The notes under the pieces: generated by a model
Database searches by the model: none
What the model saw: the letters and a program-made list of their open reading frames with translations, nothing else
What the model was told of the DNA's origin: nothing
Shown here: positions 1 to 9,617 of the stretch, in pieces
How the letters are laid out: each line of letters starts with the position of its first letter
Position numbering within the stretch: the first letter of the stretch is position 1
Source: Nitrososphaeraceae archaeon
GTDB taxonomy: Archaea > Thermoproteota > Nitrososphaeria > Nitrososphaerales > Nitrososphaeraceae
NCBI GenBank assembly: GCA_035297365.1
Contig: DATGZA010000014.1
Span: 32,001 to 96,000 of the forward strand
Direction of reading: 5' to 3'
Length of the DNA: 64,000 nucleotides
Made by a program: the position numbers and the translations under genes

Positions 1-43
1 ACTAGATGGAAATTAAACTAGAGTTATACAGATCGAATGTAAT

Positions 44-61
44 GAGGAAAAAAAGAAAAAA
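44..61 (-). terminator. T-tract archaeal terminator after radical SAM gene
   Basis: A-run (gaggaaaaaaagaaaaaa) on + equals an oligo-T tract on - immediately after the stop at 62. Confidence 0.45.
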
Positions 62-1786
62 CTACCAGTAATTCGCTTTTATTTTTTCTATTGCTCTTTC
101 GTGTTCTGGACCTTGTTTTCTTGCAAACTTTTCCATAGATGACAAAGGAATACCTCCTAATGATTTAGCTAATCCCGAGAAGAAGGTGTTTTTAATTGGA
201 TTCTCACGTCCTACCTTTGACATGAACTTTTGAATTCCATGACTGAAATTATGTTGCCATGTTTTGTACATAACTCCAAGTTTCCCGGCATCCATTGTAT
301 TTCCAATATCAAAAAAATCTGATTTTTCAAGTAACCCAATAGGAACAAAAGTTAATGGCGTAACAGTAAACTTTGAGTCGGGTTGCTCTTGCTCTAGTTC
401 GTGAATTAATCGAATGGTCTCCCAACTGTCATCCATAGTTTCATTATTATCTAGTCCCATTATGAGTGTAAAAGCAGGAATCCAATAATGCTCATTCAGA
501 GTTTTTACCCCTTCTTTAACTACCCAATGCCATTCTGATGGTTTGAAAGGAGCTAATTTTCTATCGGCATATTTTCCAATTAACCTAATACTGCCAGTTT
601 CAAATCCACATTGAATTCCGATAAAGTTATCTGGACCTGACTTTATTATTCTGGAAATATTCGGGATCAGTCTCTCATCTGCAATCGCACCTGCCAAAGT
701 TCCATGAGTTGGATTCGTGTGTTCAATTCCTGTATCCATAATCCCTTTGAATAATTCCTCTATAGCTTCTCTATTTGGTTGCATGTTCTTTGTGGTTCTT
801 GGATTTAATCCATAGACGAAAATATCATCGCTTTGTATCCAAGCATTCTTCAAACCTCCATATTTCATATTAATTTCGATTTCTTGTTGTACTTTTTCCA
901 CAGGATAATATCGAAGAGGACGTAAAGTAACATCACAAAATTTGCATCCCCTACCACAGCCTCTCATCACTTCAATCATCCCATGCATACTAGGATGAAC
1001 AATGTTAGGAATTTCATCAACAGAAGGTTCATCAGAATAATGAATAAATCTACCATGATATTTTCTATCATTTTTTGAAAATTCTTTTATTTCAACCTTA
1101 AACTTGTTCTTTTTAAATGGGTTTGCTGTTTCTAGGTCTCCATTTATCAAAGCATCAAAAAAACTGCCACCTGCCCCATCTATTTCGGGTCCAATACCAC
1201 CCAAATCGCCCTCTACTATTCCATATATCCCATATTCTTCGATCTTCGCTGGATCATAATTATATTGCCAGGTTCCAGAAGCACCAACAACCACCTTGGC
1301 TTTACTGCCGTTCTTAGCCTTGGCAGAATTTATTTTCATATGTAAATCTCTATTATATAATTCGTCATAAGACATTGTTTTTCGACCAAATGTAAATGTC
1401 ATCGTTACAGGCCCCATTCCAAGAGGATCCATTTCATAAGTACCTACTACTTCTGTTTCTGGTCCAATAAATTTATCAATATGATCAGGATGTGCAACTA
1501 CCACATCTTCAGGTTTGTATCCATCTCGAAGAAGAGACGCTTCAACTTTACGTAACCCATAAGGAGCATAGTTTGCGATTCCATTATTATGTCCTATTGG
1601 ATTGCAGATGAAATCAAATAATACTCTTGGAGTCACCTGATTTTTAAGAATATAATACCAGAAAGAATCCTTCGTTCTACTATTATCTATAGCTGGGGCA
1701 CAACCAAAAAATGAAGCTAAAGAGATTCCTCTATAAGGGGACATTAGCGTACGGTCCGCAGATAAAACTACTTTCGGATATTTCAT
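62..1786 (-). CDS. B12-binding-domain radical SAM protein, GDGT ring synthase (Grs)-like family
   Basis: CxxxCxxC motif GCGRGCKFC; N-terminal VVLSADRTLMS...APYGLRKVEASL...MDPLGMGP pattern resembles archaeal Grs-family class B radical SAM enzymes. Confidence 0.75.
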   Translation of the reverse strand: MKYPKVVLSADRTLMSPYRGISLASFFGCAPAIDNSRTKDSFWYYILKNQVTPRVLFDFICNPIGHNNGIANYAPYGLRKVEASLLRDGYKPEDVVVAHPDHIDKFIGPETEVVGTYEMDPLGMGPVTMTFTFGRKTMSYDELYNRDLHMKINSAKAKNGSKAKVVVGASGTWQYNYDPAKIEEYGIYGIVEGDLGGIGPEIDGAGGSFFDALINGDLETANPFKKNKFKVEIKEFSKNDRKYHGRFIHYSDEPSVDEIPNIVHPSMHGMIEVMRGCGRGCKFCDVTLRPLRYYPVEKVQQEIEINMKYGGLKNAWIQSDDIFVYGLNPRTTKNMQPNREAIEELFKGIMDTGIEHTNPTHGTLAGAIADERLIPNISRIIKSGPDNFIGIQCGFETGSIRLIGKYADRKLAPFKPSEWHWVVKEGVKTLNEHYWIPAFTLIMGLDNNETMDDSWETIRLIHELEQEQPDSKFTVTPLTFVPIGLLEKSDFFDIGNTMDAGKLGVMYKTWQHNFSHGIQKFMSKVGRENPIKNTFFSGLAKSLGGIPLSSMEKFARKQGPEHERAIEKIKANYW

Positions 1787-1942
1787 TCTAAATCTTGATC
1801 CTAATTATAAAAGGTGAAAATTGCGTAGATTTTAACTTTTCCCAACGTTACCGGTGATTTCTTAATGGAATTTTTATTTTGAGCAATTAATAATGTAAAA
1901 AGTTGAAGCAGGTATTAAATAGGATTAAAATAAGTCTAGTTT

Positions 1943-2119
1943 ATGGAAAATAAAGTTGATTGTAATATTTGCAATAAATTAATTGTAGAAAACAATTTAG
2001 AAGAACATGTTTCTTCTGAAGAACACATTAATAATAAAAATACTCTAATAAAAGAACTAAATTTTAACAAAGATAATCAAGATTTTTTAGAATCAGTAGT
2101 ATCTAAATGGCAAAATTAA
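1943..2119 (+). CDS. small C2H2 (U1/matrin-like spacing) zinc-finger protein, 58 aa
   Basis: Manual translation MENKVDCNICNKLIVENNLEEHVSSEEHINN...SKWQN*; C-x2-C-x11-H-x5-H; below the ORF-track cutoff; fills the gap between two genes. Confidence 0.7.
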   Translation: MENKVDCNICNKLIVENNLEEHVSSEEHINNKNTLIKELNFNKDNQDFLESVVSKWQN

Positions 2120-2129
2120 GTATGTATGT

Positions 2130-2894
2130 TCATACAAGCGATAACACTAAACTACTAGCAACAACTATCAATGCTATTGAGAAAATTTTTCTCAGCAAGT
2201 CTTCTTTGAAGGAATGAAGGTACTTTGACCCAATCTGCGCCCCCAAAAAAGATCCCGATGCCAATGCAATCCCCAAAAAATATTCGGGGTGCTCCAAGAT
2301 AATATGAGTTCCAAGTCCGGTAGCTGAGCTTAACAATAATGTAAATTGAGAAGTAGGACTAGCATTTATCATTTTCATCTCAAAAATAATTACCAAAATT
2401 GGTACAAAAATTATACCACCTCCTACACCAAAAAAACTTGAAATAATGCCAGCGGTAAATGTTCCGATTACAAATAGTGGGTAAAACATGTATTTAGGAA
2501 TATGAAAATTAGCAGTATTGATCATTCTATCTTTAAATAGTAAATAGATTCCAACTATTATCAGTAGAACCGCAAAATAGATCTTGAATGAATCTAATGA
2601 CGCATCTTTTGATAAGAAGCTGCCTATTATTGATCCAGGGATCGCCGGCAGAGCTAATTTCAATCCCAAAGAATAGTTAATATATTTTTTTTTAATGTAG
2701 GTTAGGGTTGATGATAAACTGGTTGCTGTCACCGCTAAGAGACTGGAACTAGCAATAATATAAGGAGGAAATCCTAGAAACGCAAGAGCAGGGGTCATAA
2801 TGATACCTCCTCCTACACCTATTAGCGCTCCTAAAAGACCAGCCCCAAATCCAATGGTAATTAATATAATAAAAATAAACTCCACCAAATTCAT
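2130..2894 (-). CDS. TauE/SafE family sulfite exporter / TSUP membrane protein
   Basis: Duplicated G(L/F)xGVGGG(I)xxP motifs, about 8 hydrophobic helices. Confidence 0.9.
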   Translation of the reverse strand: MNLVEFIFIILITIGFGAGLLGALIGVGGGIIMTPALAFLGFPPYIIASSSLLAVTATSLSSTLTYIKKKYINYSLGLKLALPAIPGSIIGSFLSKDASLDSFKIYFAVLLIIVGIYLLFKDRMINTANFHIPKYMFYPLFVIGTFTAGIISSFFGVGGGIIFVPILVIIFEMKMINASPTSQFTLLLSSATGLGTHIILEHPEYFLGIALASGSFLGAQIGSKYLHSFKEDLLRKIFSIALIVVASSLVLSLV

Positions 2895-3125
2895 ACACTA
2901 ATCCATAATATTTTTCAGTTTAGAAAGCATTGATAATAAAATATTAGTCAATTCCAAAATATTAAAATCATGTATGTTATTTAATTTTGTTGAAGGAAAA
3001 AATAAAGCTTTCATTAACTAAACTCATGAAATAAATTTATGGTTAATATCATTTAGAATATTGTTAGATGATCGCATTATTATAAAATATAAGTATATTA
3101 TAATTTAGGATAATACTATTCAGCA

Positions 3126-4139
3126 ATGAGAATTATATTAATCGGATATGGACTTATAGGTCAAAGTTTTACAAAGCTCCTTCTTTCTAAATCAGTCGAT
3201 TTATACAATCTATACGGAATGAAACCAAGGATAGTTGCTTGCGTGGATAGTAAAGGATCCGCAGTAGACCAATCTGGACTCGATCTTCAGAGATTGTTAG
3301 AAGTTAAGAAAAATACCGGAACTGTAGGGGGATTTGATAACAAGTTAAAGGCCGTCGATCCTTTACAAATTATAGAATCTGTTGATGCAGAAGTAATCTT
3401 AGAATTGACTCCTACAAATCTAAACAATGGAGAACCAGGCTTATCTCACATAATATCTGCGATGAAATGTGGAAAAAATGTAATAACAGTAAATAAAGGT
3501 CCATTATCAGTGGCTTTCCCTTCTTTGATAGAATTGGCAAATTTTAATGGAATATTGTTTAGATTTAGCGGAACCGTCGGAGGAGGCACACCAATACTAG
3601 AATTTGCAAAAAGGTGTCTAAAAGGAGATAGAATTGTATCTTTTAAGGGGATATTAAATGGAACAACAAATTATATTTTAACCAAAATGGAAGAAAGGTT
3701 GACATTTACTGAAGCATTAAATGACGCACAAATAAAAGGATATGCAGAAACTGTGCCCTCGTTAGATGTCGATGGTTTTGATGCTGCTGCAAAATTGGTA
3801 ATTATGTCGAATTGGTTGATGGATATGAAAGTAACCTTAGATAATGTAGAGAGAACTGGTATTACTAAAGTGCTAACAGATCAAGTAATAGAAGCAGAAA
3901 AAAGGGGGAATTCCATAAAATTGATAGCTAGTTGTGAGAAAAAAAAATTATCCGTAAAACCATTGGAGGTATCAAAATTGGATCCCATATGTGTAAGTGG
4001 AACATTAAATGCTGTTACGTTTACACTAGAATATGCTGGCGATCAAACAATAATTGGCAGAGGGGCTGGAGGAATAGAAACAGCCAGTGCAGTATTAAGG
4101 GACATTATAGAAATACGGGATAACATAATAAATGTATAA
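3126..4139 (+). CDS. hom: homoserine dehydrogenase
   Basis: GYGLIG Rossmann motif, NKGP, GTVGGGTP, GILNGTTNYIL, DVDGFDAAAK. Confidence 0.95.
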   Translation: MRIILIGYGLIGQSFTKLLLSKSVDLYNLYGMKPRIVACVDSKGSAVDQSGLDLQRLLEVKKNTGTVGGFDNKLKAVDPLQIIESVDAEVILELTPTNLNNGEPGLSHIISAMKCGKNVITVNKGPLSVAFPSLIELANFNGILFRFSGTVGGGTPILEFAKRCLKGDRIVSFKGILNGTTNYILTKMEERLTFTEALNDAQIKGYAETVPSLDVDGFDAAAKLVIMSNWLMDMKVTLDNVERTGITKVLTDQVIEAEKRGNSIKLIASCEKKKLSVKPLEVSKLDPICVSGTLNAVTFTLEYAGDQTIIGRGAGGIETASAVLRDIIEIRDNIINV

Positions 4140-4231
4140 AACTTTAAATTAAATACATTAAAGGTATACAAAATTGTTTTTTGGTGTGAATGTCAAAAGG
4201 ATTATTAGCCAGAATTAGACTCCTTAAATAA

Positions 4232-4882
4232 ATGTACAGCGTAGAAATGGAAATTCAAGCCAAGAGAAAAGTACTGGTAGTTTTACATGATGAAATTAAC
4301 AAAATATTAAATTCTGTCAGGGAGTTATCGAATTTGACTGCATCATTGATTAACGAAGAAAATGATGATATCAAAACAAGTTTAGAGAGAATTAGAGCTA
4401 CAGAGGATGAAGTAGAAAATATGAGAAAAAAAATTATCCAAGTAGCTGAAATTGATAGCTTGATGGGGAACAGAGAGGATGTTCTTAGTCCAGCCTACAT
4501 AATAAATGATATTGCGGGCTATATTAGTGGAATTGCTTTTAGATTGTCTAATATGAACATATCTGTTCTTAAAAAATCAAACTTTGATAAAGACATTAAA
4601 ACATTAATAGATAAAGTAGTTGAGTCTATTTTTAAACTGAATGAAATGGCGCGTGCATTGAGCATCAATCCTGTAAATACCATTGAATTAGCTCAAGAAG
4701 TACAAAAACTAGAGAGAGAAGTAAATGCAAAATATAGAAATACAATCATAAAAGCATTTAACGAAACAGAACATACAAAAGAATTATTACTTTTGAAAGA
4801 CACCGTAGAGGACATAGAAGGAATGGCTGATAAATGTCAGGAAGCGTCTGATTCCTTTACAATATTAGCATTAAGCCTATAA
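4232..4882 (+). CDS. DUF47 / PhoU-like phosphate transport regulator family protein
   Basis: Helical repeat with E-x-E-x-E/D motifs and C-terminal EGMADKCQEASD typical of DUF47. Confidence 0.8.
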   Translation: MYSVEMEIQAKRKVLVVLHDEINKILNSVRELSNLTASLINEENDDIKTSLERIRATEDEVENMRKKIIQVAEIDSLMGNREDVLSPAYIINDIAGYISGIAFRLSNMNISVLKKSNFDKDIKTLIDKVVESIFKLNEMARALSINPVNTIELAQEVQKLEREVNAKYRNTIIKAFNETEHTKELLLLKDTVEDIEGMADKCQEASDSFTILALSL

Positions 4883-4886
4883 GGTA

Positions 4887-5441
4887 ATGAAAGATAAAAA
4901 AATTATAGGAGAATTAATCGAAAACAGAGTTATAGTTTGGAACATTTTAGAATCAAGGCATCTGTTTGGTAATGGGTATTTTGGAAAACCTCTGGGAGTT
5001 CCCAAACCAAAAGGAATTAATTTTGACTCTCCATTGATACTTGATTTAGTAGAAAGTTACTATCTGATCCAGAAAGGAAAACTTAAAGTTATTTCAAAAG
5101 ACAAGTTATTATCTTTACGAGATATGAAGGAAATATGTAGAAAGCAATACGATAAATTCGATTTAAAATATACAGTATTTCAGAATTTGAGAGACAGAGG
5201 ATATGTGGTATCACCTGGAATAAAGTTCGGATGTGATTTTGCAGTATATGAACATGGTCCGGGAATAGATCATGCACCATTTTTAGTACAGGTATTAAAT
5301 GCGGAGGAAGTAATTACGGCTACAAATATTATTTTATCAGGAAGACTTGCTACTACAGTTAAAAAACAATTCATAATTGCAATTCCTAAAATGAAGGATA
5401 AGAGTGTACAGTTTATAGCGTTTGATTGGTGGAGGGCCTGA
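4887..5441 (+). CDS. endA: tRNA-splicing endonuclease, catalytic subunit
   Basis: LRDRGYVVSPGIKFGCDFAVYEHGPGIDHAPF with catalytic Tyr/His, GRLATTVKK. Confidence 0.95.
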   Translation: MKDKKIIGELIENRVIVWNILESRHLFGNGYFGKPLGVPKPKGINFDSPLILDLVESYYLIQKGKLKVISKDKLLSLRDMKEICRKQYDKFDLKYTVFQNLRDRGYVVSPGIKFGCDFAVYEHGPGIDHAPFLVQVLNAEEVITATNIILSGRLATTVKKQFIIAIPKMKDKSVQFIAFDWWRA

Positions 5442-5943
5442 TATAGCGGTATACTAACATCACGATGTTAGTTTATTCTTTAAAAAAATTTTCTTCCAAT
5501 AAAATTTAATAAATTTCTGACCATTTCTTTGAAATAATTTTCACCAAAGAATGAGATTGGAATTCTGTCATGTCAAATAAAGAATAACGAAACTAATTGA
5601 TAAATAACAATTATTATTTTTATGTTATTTTAACTGTATCATTATTCAAGTTTAAACCAGTCATTTACGGTTGTAGCATTATTGTGCGAGTATTAATAAA
5701 TAGAAATAGCTTCGAACTTAATTAGATTCATCTACGAAAATGTTTTTTCTAGACATCTAGATTCTTTACTAATCATCTCGGATAGTTTTTTATAAATATT
5801 ATTAACAACAAAATTTATAACACAATTAAAAAGAGGAAAATATCAGAGTAATAAGATCGTATAGAGTCTAATTTTGACTGAAGAAACCTTATCGTCTTAA
5901 TCACAAAGATAAAATAAGTCAAATTTCGCATAATACTAAATAC

Positions 5944-6162
5944 ATGAACCGGATAAAGAGATTATCTAATGAACTTTTACAGAGGTATCATGACAAATTT
6001 ACTATTAACTTTGATGAAAATAAAAAAAGTATTTCTAATTTAGCTACAATTCGATCCAAGATTTTGAGGAACCAGATAGCTGGATACATTACGTCAAAAT
6101 TAAAAAGGGATGCGGATCAGGAAAAGACTGAATATACTGAAGATGAAACAGAAGGGAACTAA
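5944..6162 (+). CDS. rps17e: 30S ribosomal protein S17e
   Basis: FxxNFDENK...SKILRNQIAGYIT signature. Confidence 0.95.
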   Translation: MNRIKRLSNELLQRYHDKFTINFDENKKSISNLATIRSKILRNQIAGYITSKLKRDADQEKTEYTEDETEGN

Positions 6163-6170
6163 ATCATAGC

Positions 6171-6422
6171 TTGATTACCTTGAATCTTATGGGAGGATTG
6201 ATATATGCTATTGGTCAGAATACATTAACTATAGATAAATCACAATCTTCTATAAAAGAGATTTTAGACATTTTAAAAAACAAATCAAAAGATAAAAAAA
6301 TCGTCGATAATAATATCATGATATCTATTAATGGTATAGATTCTAATGTATTGGGTGGTAGCAATGCCTCAGTTACTGAGCAAGATAAGATTGTGGCAGT
6401 AACAATTGTACATGGGGGTTAA
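6171..6422 (+). CDS. ubiquitin-like MoaD/ThiS/SAMP (Urm1-like) protein
   Basis: 83 aa, INGxD motif, C-terminal VHGG. Confidence 0.88.
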   Translation: MITLNLMGGLIYAIGQNTLTIDKSQSSIKEILDILKNKSKDKKIVDNNIMISINGIDSNVLGGSNASVTEQDKIVAVTIVHGG

Positions 6423-6969
6423 AAACAGCCTTCACACGAGTTTGATCCTAAAAAAAATTAATGAAAAATATATTTATTGTCATACTTCTTTCGTAAAAAA
6501 AGATAGCGATTATCTAAAAATAATAGAAGGATTAAAAGAGGAATTTCCTAAATCAAATATCCAAATCATTAACACAAACTTGATTTATAATTTCGAACAC
6601 ATTTCCGAGGTTTTAAAAATCTCTCTTTCTGCCAAAGAGAGAGACATTTTGGTTGCTAGGAAAATTGAAGTGGATTTTTTAATGCGGATTATAGGAACCA
6701 GTCAAATTTCTTATGCAATAAAAATTGGAGGAATAAAATATGATCAATACAATACCCTTGTTGCTCTAAGTGATGATAATTTGGAAGCAAAAAAAATAAG
6801 AGAAAAATTATATTTATTGTTTGGTCATTCATATGATAAATTATTATTAGACAGCAAAGAACAGGCAATAAAATTAAATTATTTTAAAAAAGAATTTCAG
6901 AATCATCTTCTTAATGAAAAAATAATAATAGATGTCTTAAGAGAAAAAGCTATTTTGGTTACCTTATAA
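6406..6969 (+). CDS. cgi121: KEOPS complex subunit Cgi121
   Basis: ARKIEVDFLMRIIGTSQISYAIKIGG matches the Cgi121 core motif. Confidence 0.85.
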   Translation: MYMGVKNSLHTSLILKKINEKYIYCHTSFVKKDSDYLKIIEGLKEEFPKSNIQIINTNLIYNFEHISEVLKISLSAKERDILVARKIEVDFLMRIIGTSQISYAIKIGGIKYDQYNTLVALSDDNLEAKKIREKLYLLFGHSYDKLLLDSKEQAIKLNYFKKEFQNHLLNEKIIIDVLREKAILVTL

Positions 6970-6981
6970 TAATTGCAATAT

Positions 6982-7509
6982 TTATTTTTGGATGAATAAA
7001 TTCATCACTGCTCTTTCGGATTCTCCATTTATTTTATCAATAATAATTGAAGCATTTTTAGAAAGAGATTTATTAAAAGTATATACTTATATGCAAAACC
7101 CCCAAATAGAGATTTTAGTTTTTCTGTATGAATGATTTTATTTTCATCAGTTATTACAAAATCAAAACTAGAATGCCTTAACAGATCTCCATTAGTAGGA
7201 TCTTGTAGATTCATTACGAAGTTAATTGGAGTCAGAGGAGCGATTATGGGAGGATTCCAAGAAATTTGAAACAAATATTTTTCATTAGTGGTCAAAATCT
7301 CCAAAGGAAATTTTGGCTTTTCCATAGCAAAAATTTTGAATGGTATCAGTGTTTGATTATTATCCTTATTAATTATATCCTTTAAGTATATTTGCCTTGA
7401 TAATTGATCTAATTGGTCTATTGAGAACCATATGAAAAAGATGTGAATTTAGATCAGTGAAATCATCCACAACTATCGACCTTGTTGGAAGATTCTTATC
7501 GAATTCCAT
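6982..7509 (-). pseudogene. frameshifted C-terminal remnant of a thaumarchaeal exported protein
   Basis: Three consecutive frames join into one protein-like text: LPTRSIVVDDFTDLNSHLFHMVLN / DQLDQLSRQ...EKPKFPLEIL...GGFAYKY / NASIIIDKINGESERAVMNLFIQK*; 5' end abuts the IS5 relic. Confidence 0.6.
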
Positions 7510-7574
7510 TTTTATCCGTTAAAATATGTTTTTGTTCCTAAGTGGTATCTATCGGTACTATTTTGACATGTATT

Positions 7575-7915
7575 CGTCTTCCCAAAGAATATTTTATAGA
7601 TATACTGACAAGTGACTGCCATTTCCATTTAAGTCCTCTCTCGTCATCGTATATTTCTAGTAATCTTGTTCATAATTTGACAAATGTACCTAATTGTATA
7701 TACTCTTGAAATCTTCTATGCCATGTAGAACATAAACCACATTTTCTTGGTAACATTTTCCACTGACATCAAGTTCTCAAGACAAACATTATTCAATATA
7801 GTACTTTTCTATAGGGAACAATGGAACGACTGATTTTGTTCTCTAGCTTTTCATCTGGTAAAATATTTTTAATTCCATTTCACAGATAATCTAGATTACG
7901 TACAATTGTTCTAAC
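7575..7915 (-). mobile_element. degenerate IS5-family transposase N-terminal fragment
   Basis: Translation with stops: IKNILPDEK...VPYRKVLY*IMFVLRT*CQWKMLPRKCGLCSTWHRRFQEYIQLGTFVKL*TRLLEIYDDERGLKWKWQSL, matching the IS5 'VLRTGCQWRxLP...STxHRRF' signature. Confidence 0.85.
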
Positions 7916-8052
7916 ATAGCATTTTGTCTTATTGATGTTATTCAATTATTGCTATTATGATAATGAAACCAAATTAGCTGGATTCCTATCTATTTATTGG
8001 GTTACTCGAGTTTGAAGCTTTAAGAATATAACGGGGAGAATATAGAGGAATA

Positions 8053-8718
8053 GTGACAATGAAAAGCTTACTTATTATTTTAATAATCCTATGTTTTTGT
8101 TATTTTAATTTAGAATCTGTTTTTGCTCATGAAGAAATTAAATTGGGAAATATTACTGTGGGAGCAGGATGGACGAAGGAACCTCCGTTGTTAAACACCT
8201 TGAATCAAATTGTAATATCAATTTCTGAGAACGATAATCCGGTGAGAAATGCTTTGAAGGACATGATGATATCTATTCAATATGGAGGAATTTCGAAGCA
8301 ACTGAGTTTCCTGCCTTCTGAAGAATCCCCAGGAATTTACGTGGCAGAAATAATCCCTTCAAAAACAGGTACTTATTATATTTATATGGACGGTCAATTA
8401 AAAGATCAAAAAATTAAAACAGAATTACAAATTGAGGATGTGGAAGATACAAAACAAATTTCTTTTCCTCCAGCTATCCAAGATACTGCTGAATCTACAG
8501 CAATCATTGGCAAGCAAATCAAACCAATAATAAGTGATGTGATTAATCAAATAGATAATTCAAAGAAGGAATTAAATTTTACAAATTCATTGTTGCAGGA
8601 AGCTTTGAATAAATACGAATCAATTCAGCAAAACATGGATAAAATTAATTTCATTAGCTATATAGCAGTTGGTTTAGGAACAGTTGGAATTTTGCTCTTT
8701 ATTTTAAGGAAGAAATAA
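8053..8718 (+). CDS. exported, C-terminally membrane-anchored hypothetical protein
   Basis: Signal peptide ending VFA-HEE, beta-rich domain (GWTKEPP), coiled-coil stalk, C-terminal TM helix followed by RKK. Confidence 0.8.
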   Translation: MTMKSLLIILIILCFCYFNLESVFAHEEIKLGNITVGAGWTKEPPLLNTLNQIVISISENDNPVRNALKDMMISIQYGGISKQLSFLPSEESPGIYVAEIIPSKTGTYYIYMDGQLKDQKIKTELQIEDVEDTKQISFPPAIQDTAESTAIIGKQIKPIISDVINQIDNSKKELNFTNSLLQEALNKYESIQQNMDKINFISYIAVGLGTVGILLFILRKK

Positions 8719-8738
8719 TTTATACCGTATAGTTAATA

Positions 8739-9611
8739 TCATTTTTTGTTGTTTAATATATTCATAAATTTATACATTTTCTCATATGAATCTTTGAGAT
8801 CATGACATTTTTGGAGAGAAGATTTAATATTTGTTATATTTCGAAATAACTTGAATTCATTTTTGTCATTGATTAATTCGTTATATTTTTGGTTAATTTT
8901 GAAATAATTCAATAATTCTTTTTTAAAGAAATGATTATCAAAAAAAAGTGAATTAATTAAGTCAGGTTCATCATTCAAAATGCTCTCAGAAAGAATACAC
9001 TGAATTTTAAAGGTAGTTCCTCCAAAAGTCAATAAATCATAATAATTCTTCTCGTGTAAAACATCAGCAAATAAAATATTTACATAATGAGTAAGGCCCA
9101 ATACAACTGCCATCATCTGATCATGCAGACTTACATTTTTAACCTCTAAAATATTTGATTTAGGAAACATATTCTTAACTACTTTAATTTCATTTTCCCG
9201 ATTTCTTATTGGAATAAATAAAACCTTTAAAGCCTTCTCTCTAGACGCTCCTGGACCAAACATTGGATGTATACAAATAGGAACAATAAAATCTGAGATA
9301 ATTCTTAACTCTCTAAAGGATTTATTTTTTAAAGATGAAATCTCGACAAGCTTAGATGAAGGTTTCATTAATTTAGAACATGTTTTTATCATTTTGGGGA
9401 TGACTCTCAAAGGAACGCAAAGAATCACAACATCAGAAGTTTCAACACATTGTTGAAGACTATTTTCAATTATAATGTTCGGAAAATTTCCTAACGAATT
9501 AGTTCTTATATCATATGCTTTTAGTATTACATCTTTTCTATGAAGAAAATATTTTATGAACCAAGATCCCATCTTTCCGCTAGCGCCGATTATGGATATC
9601 TCTGTTTTCAT
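8739..9611 (-). CDS. tyrA: prephenate dehydrogenase
   Basis: GASGKMG, IHPMFGP, HDQMMAVVLGLTH. Confidence 0.92.
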   Translation of the reverse strand: MKTEISIIGASGKMGSWFIKYFLHRKDVILKAYDIRTNSLGNFPNIIIENSLQQCVETSDVVILCVPLRVIPKMIKTCSKLMKPSSKLVEISSLKNKSFRELRIISDFIVPICIHPMFGPGASREKALKVLFIPIRNRENEIKVVKNMFPKSNILEVKNVSLHDQMMAVVLGLTHYVNILFADVLHEKNYYDLLTFGGTTFKIQCILSESILNDEPDLINSLFFDNHFFKKELLNYFKINQKYNELINDKNEFKLFRNITNIKSSLQKCHDLKDSYEKMYKFMNILNNKK

Positions 9612-9617
9612 TAAATG

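Noticed and set aside
5442-5943. Long AT-rich intergenic region (similar ones at 22821-23202, 27186-27497, 50568-50992, 59323-59598)
   Set aside because: No convincing ORF, repeat or RNA structure found by eye
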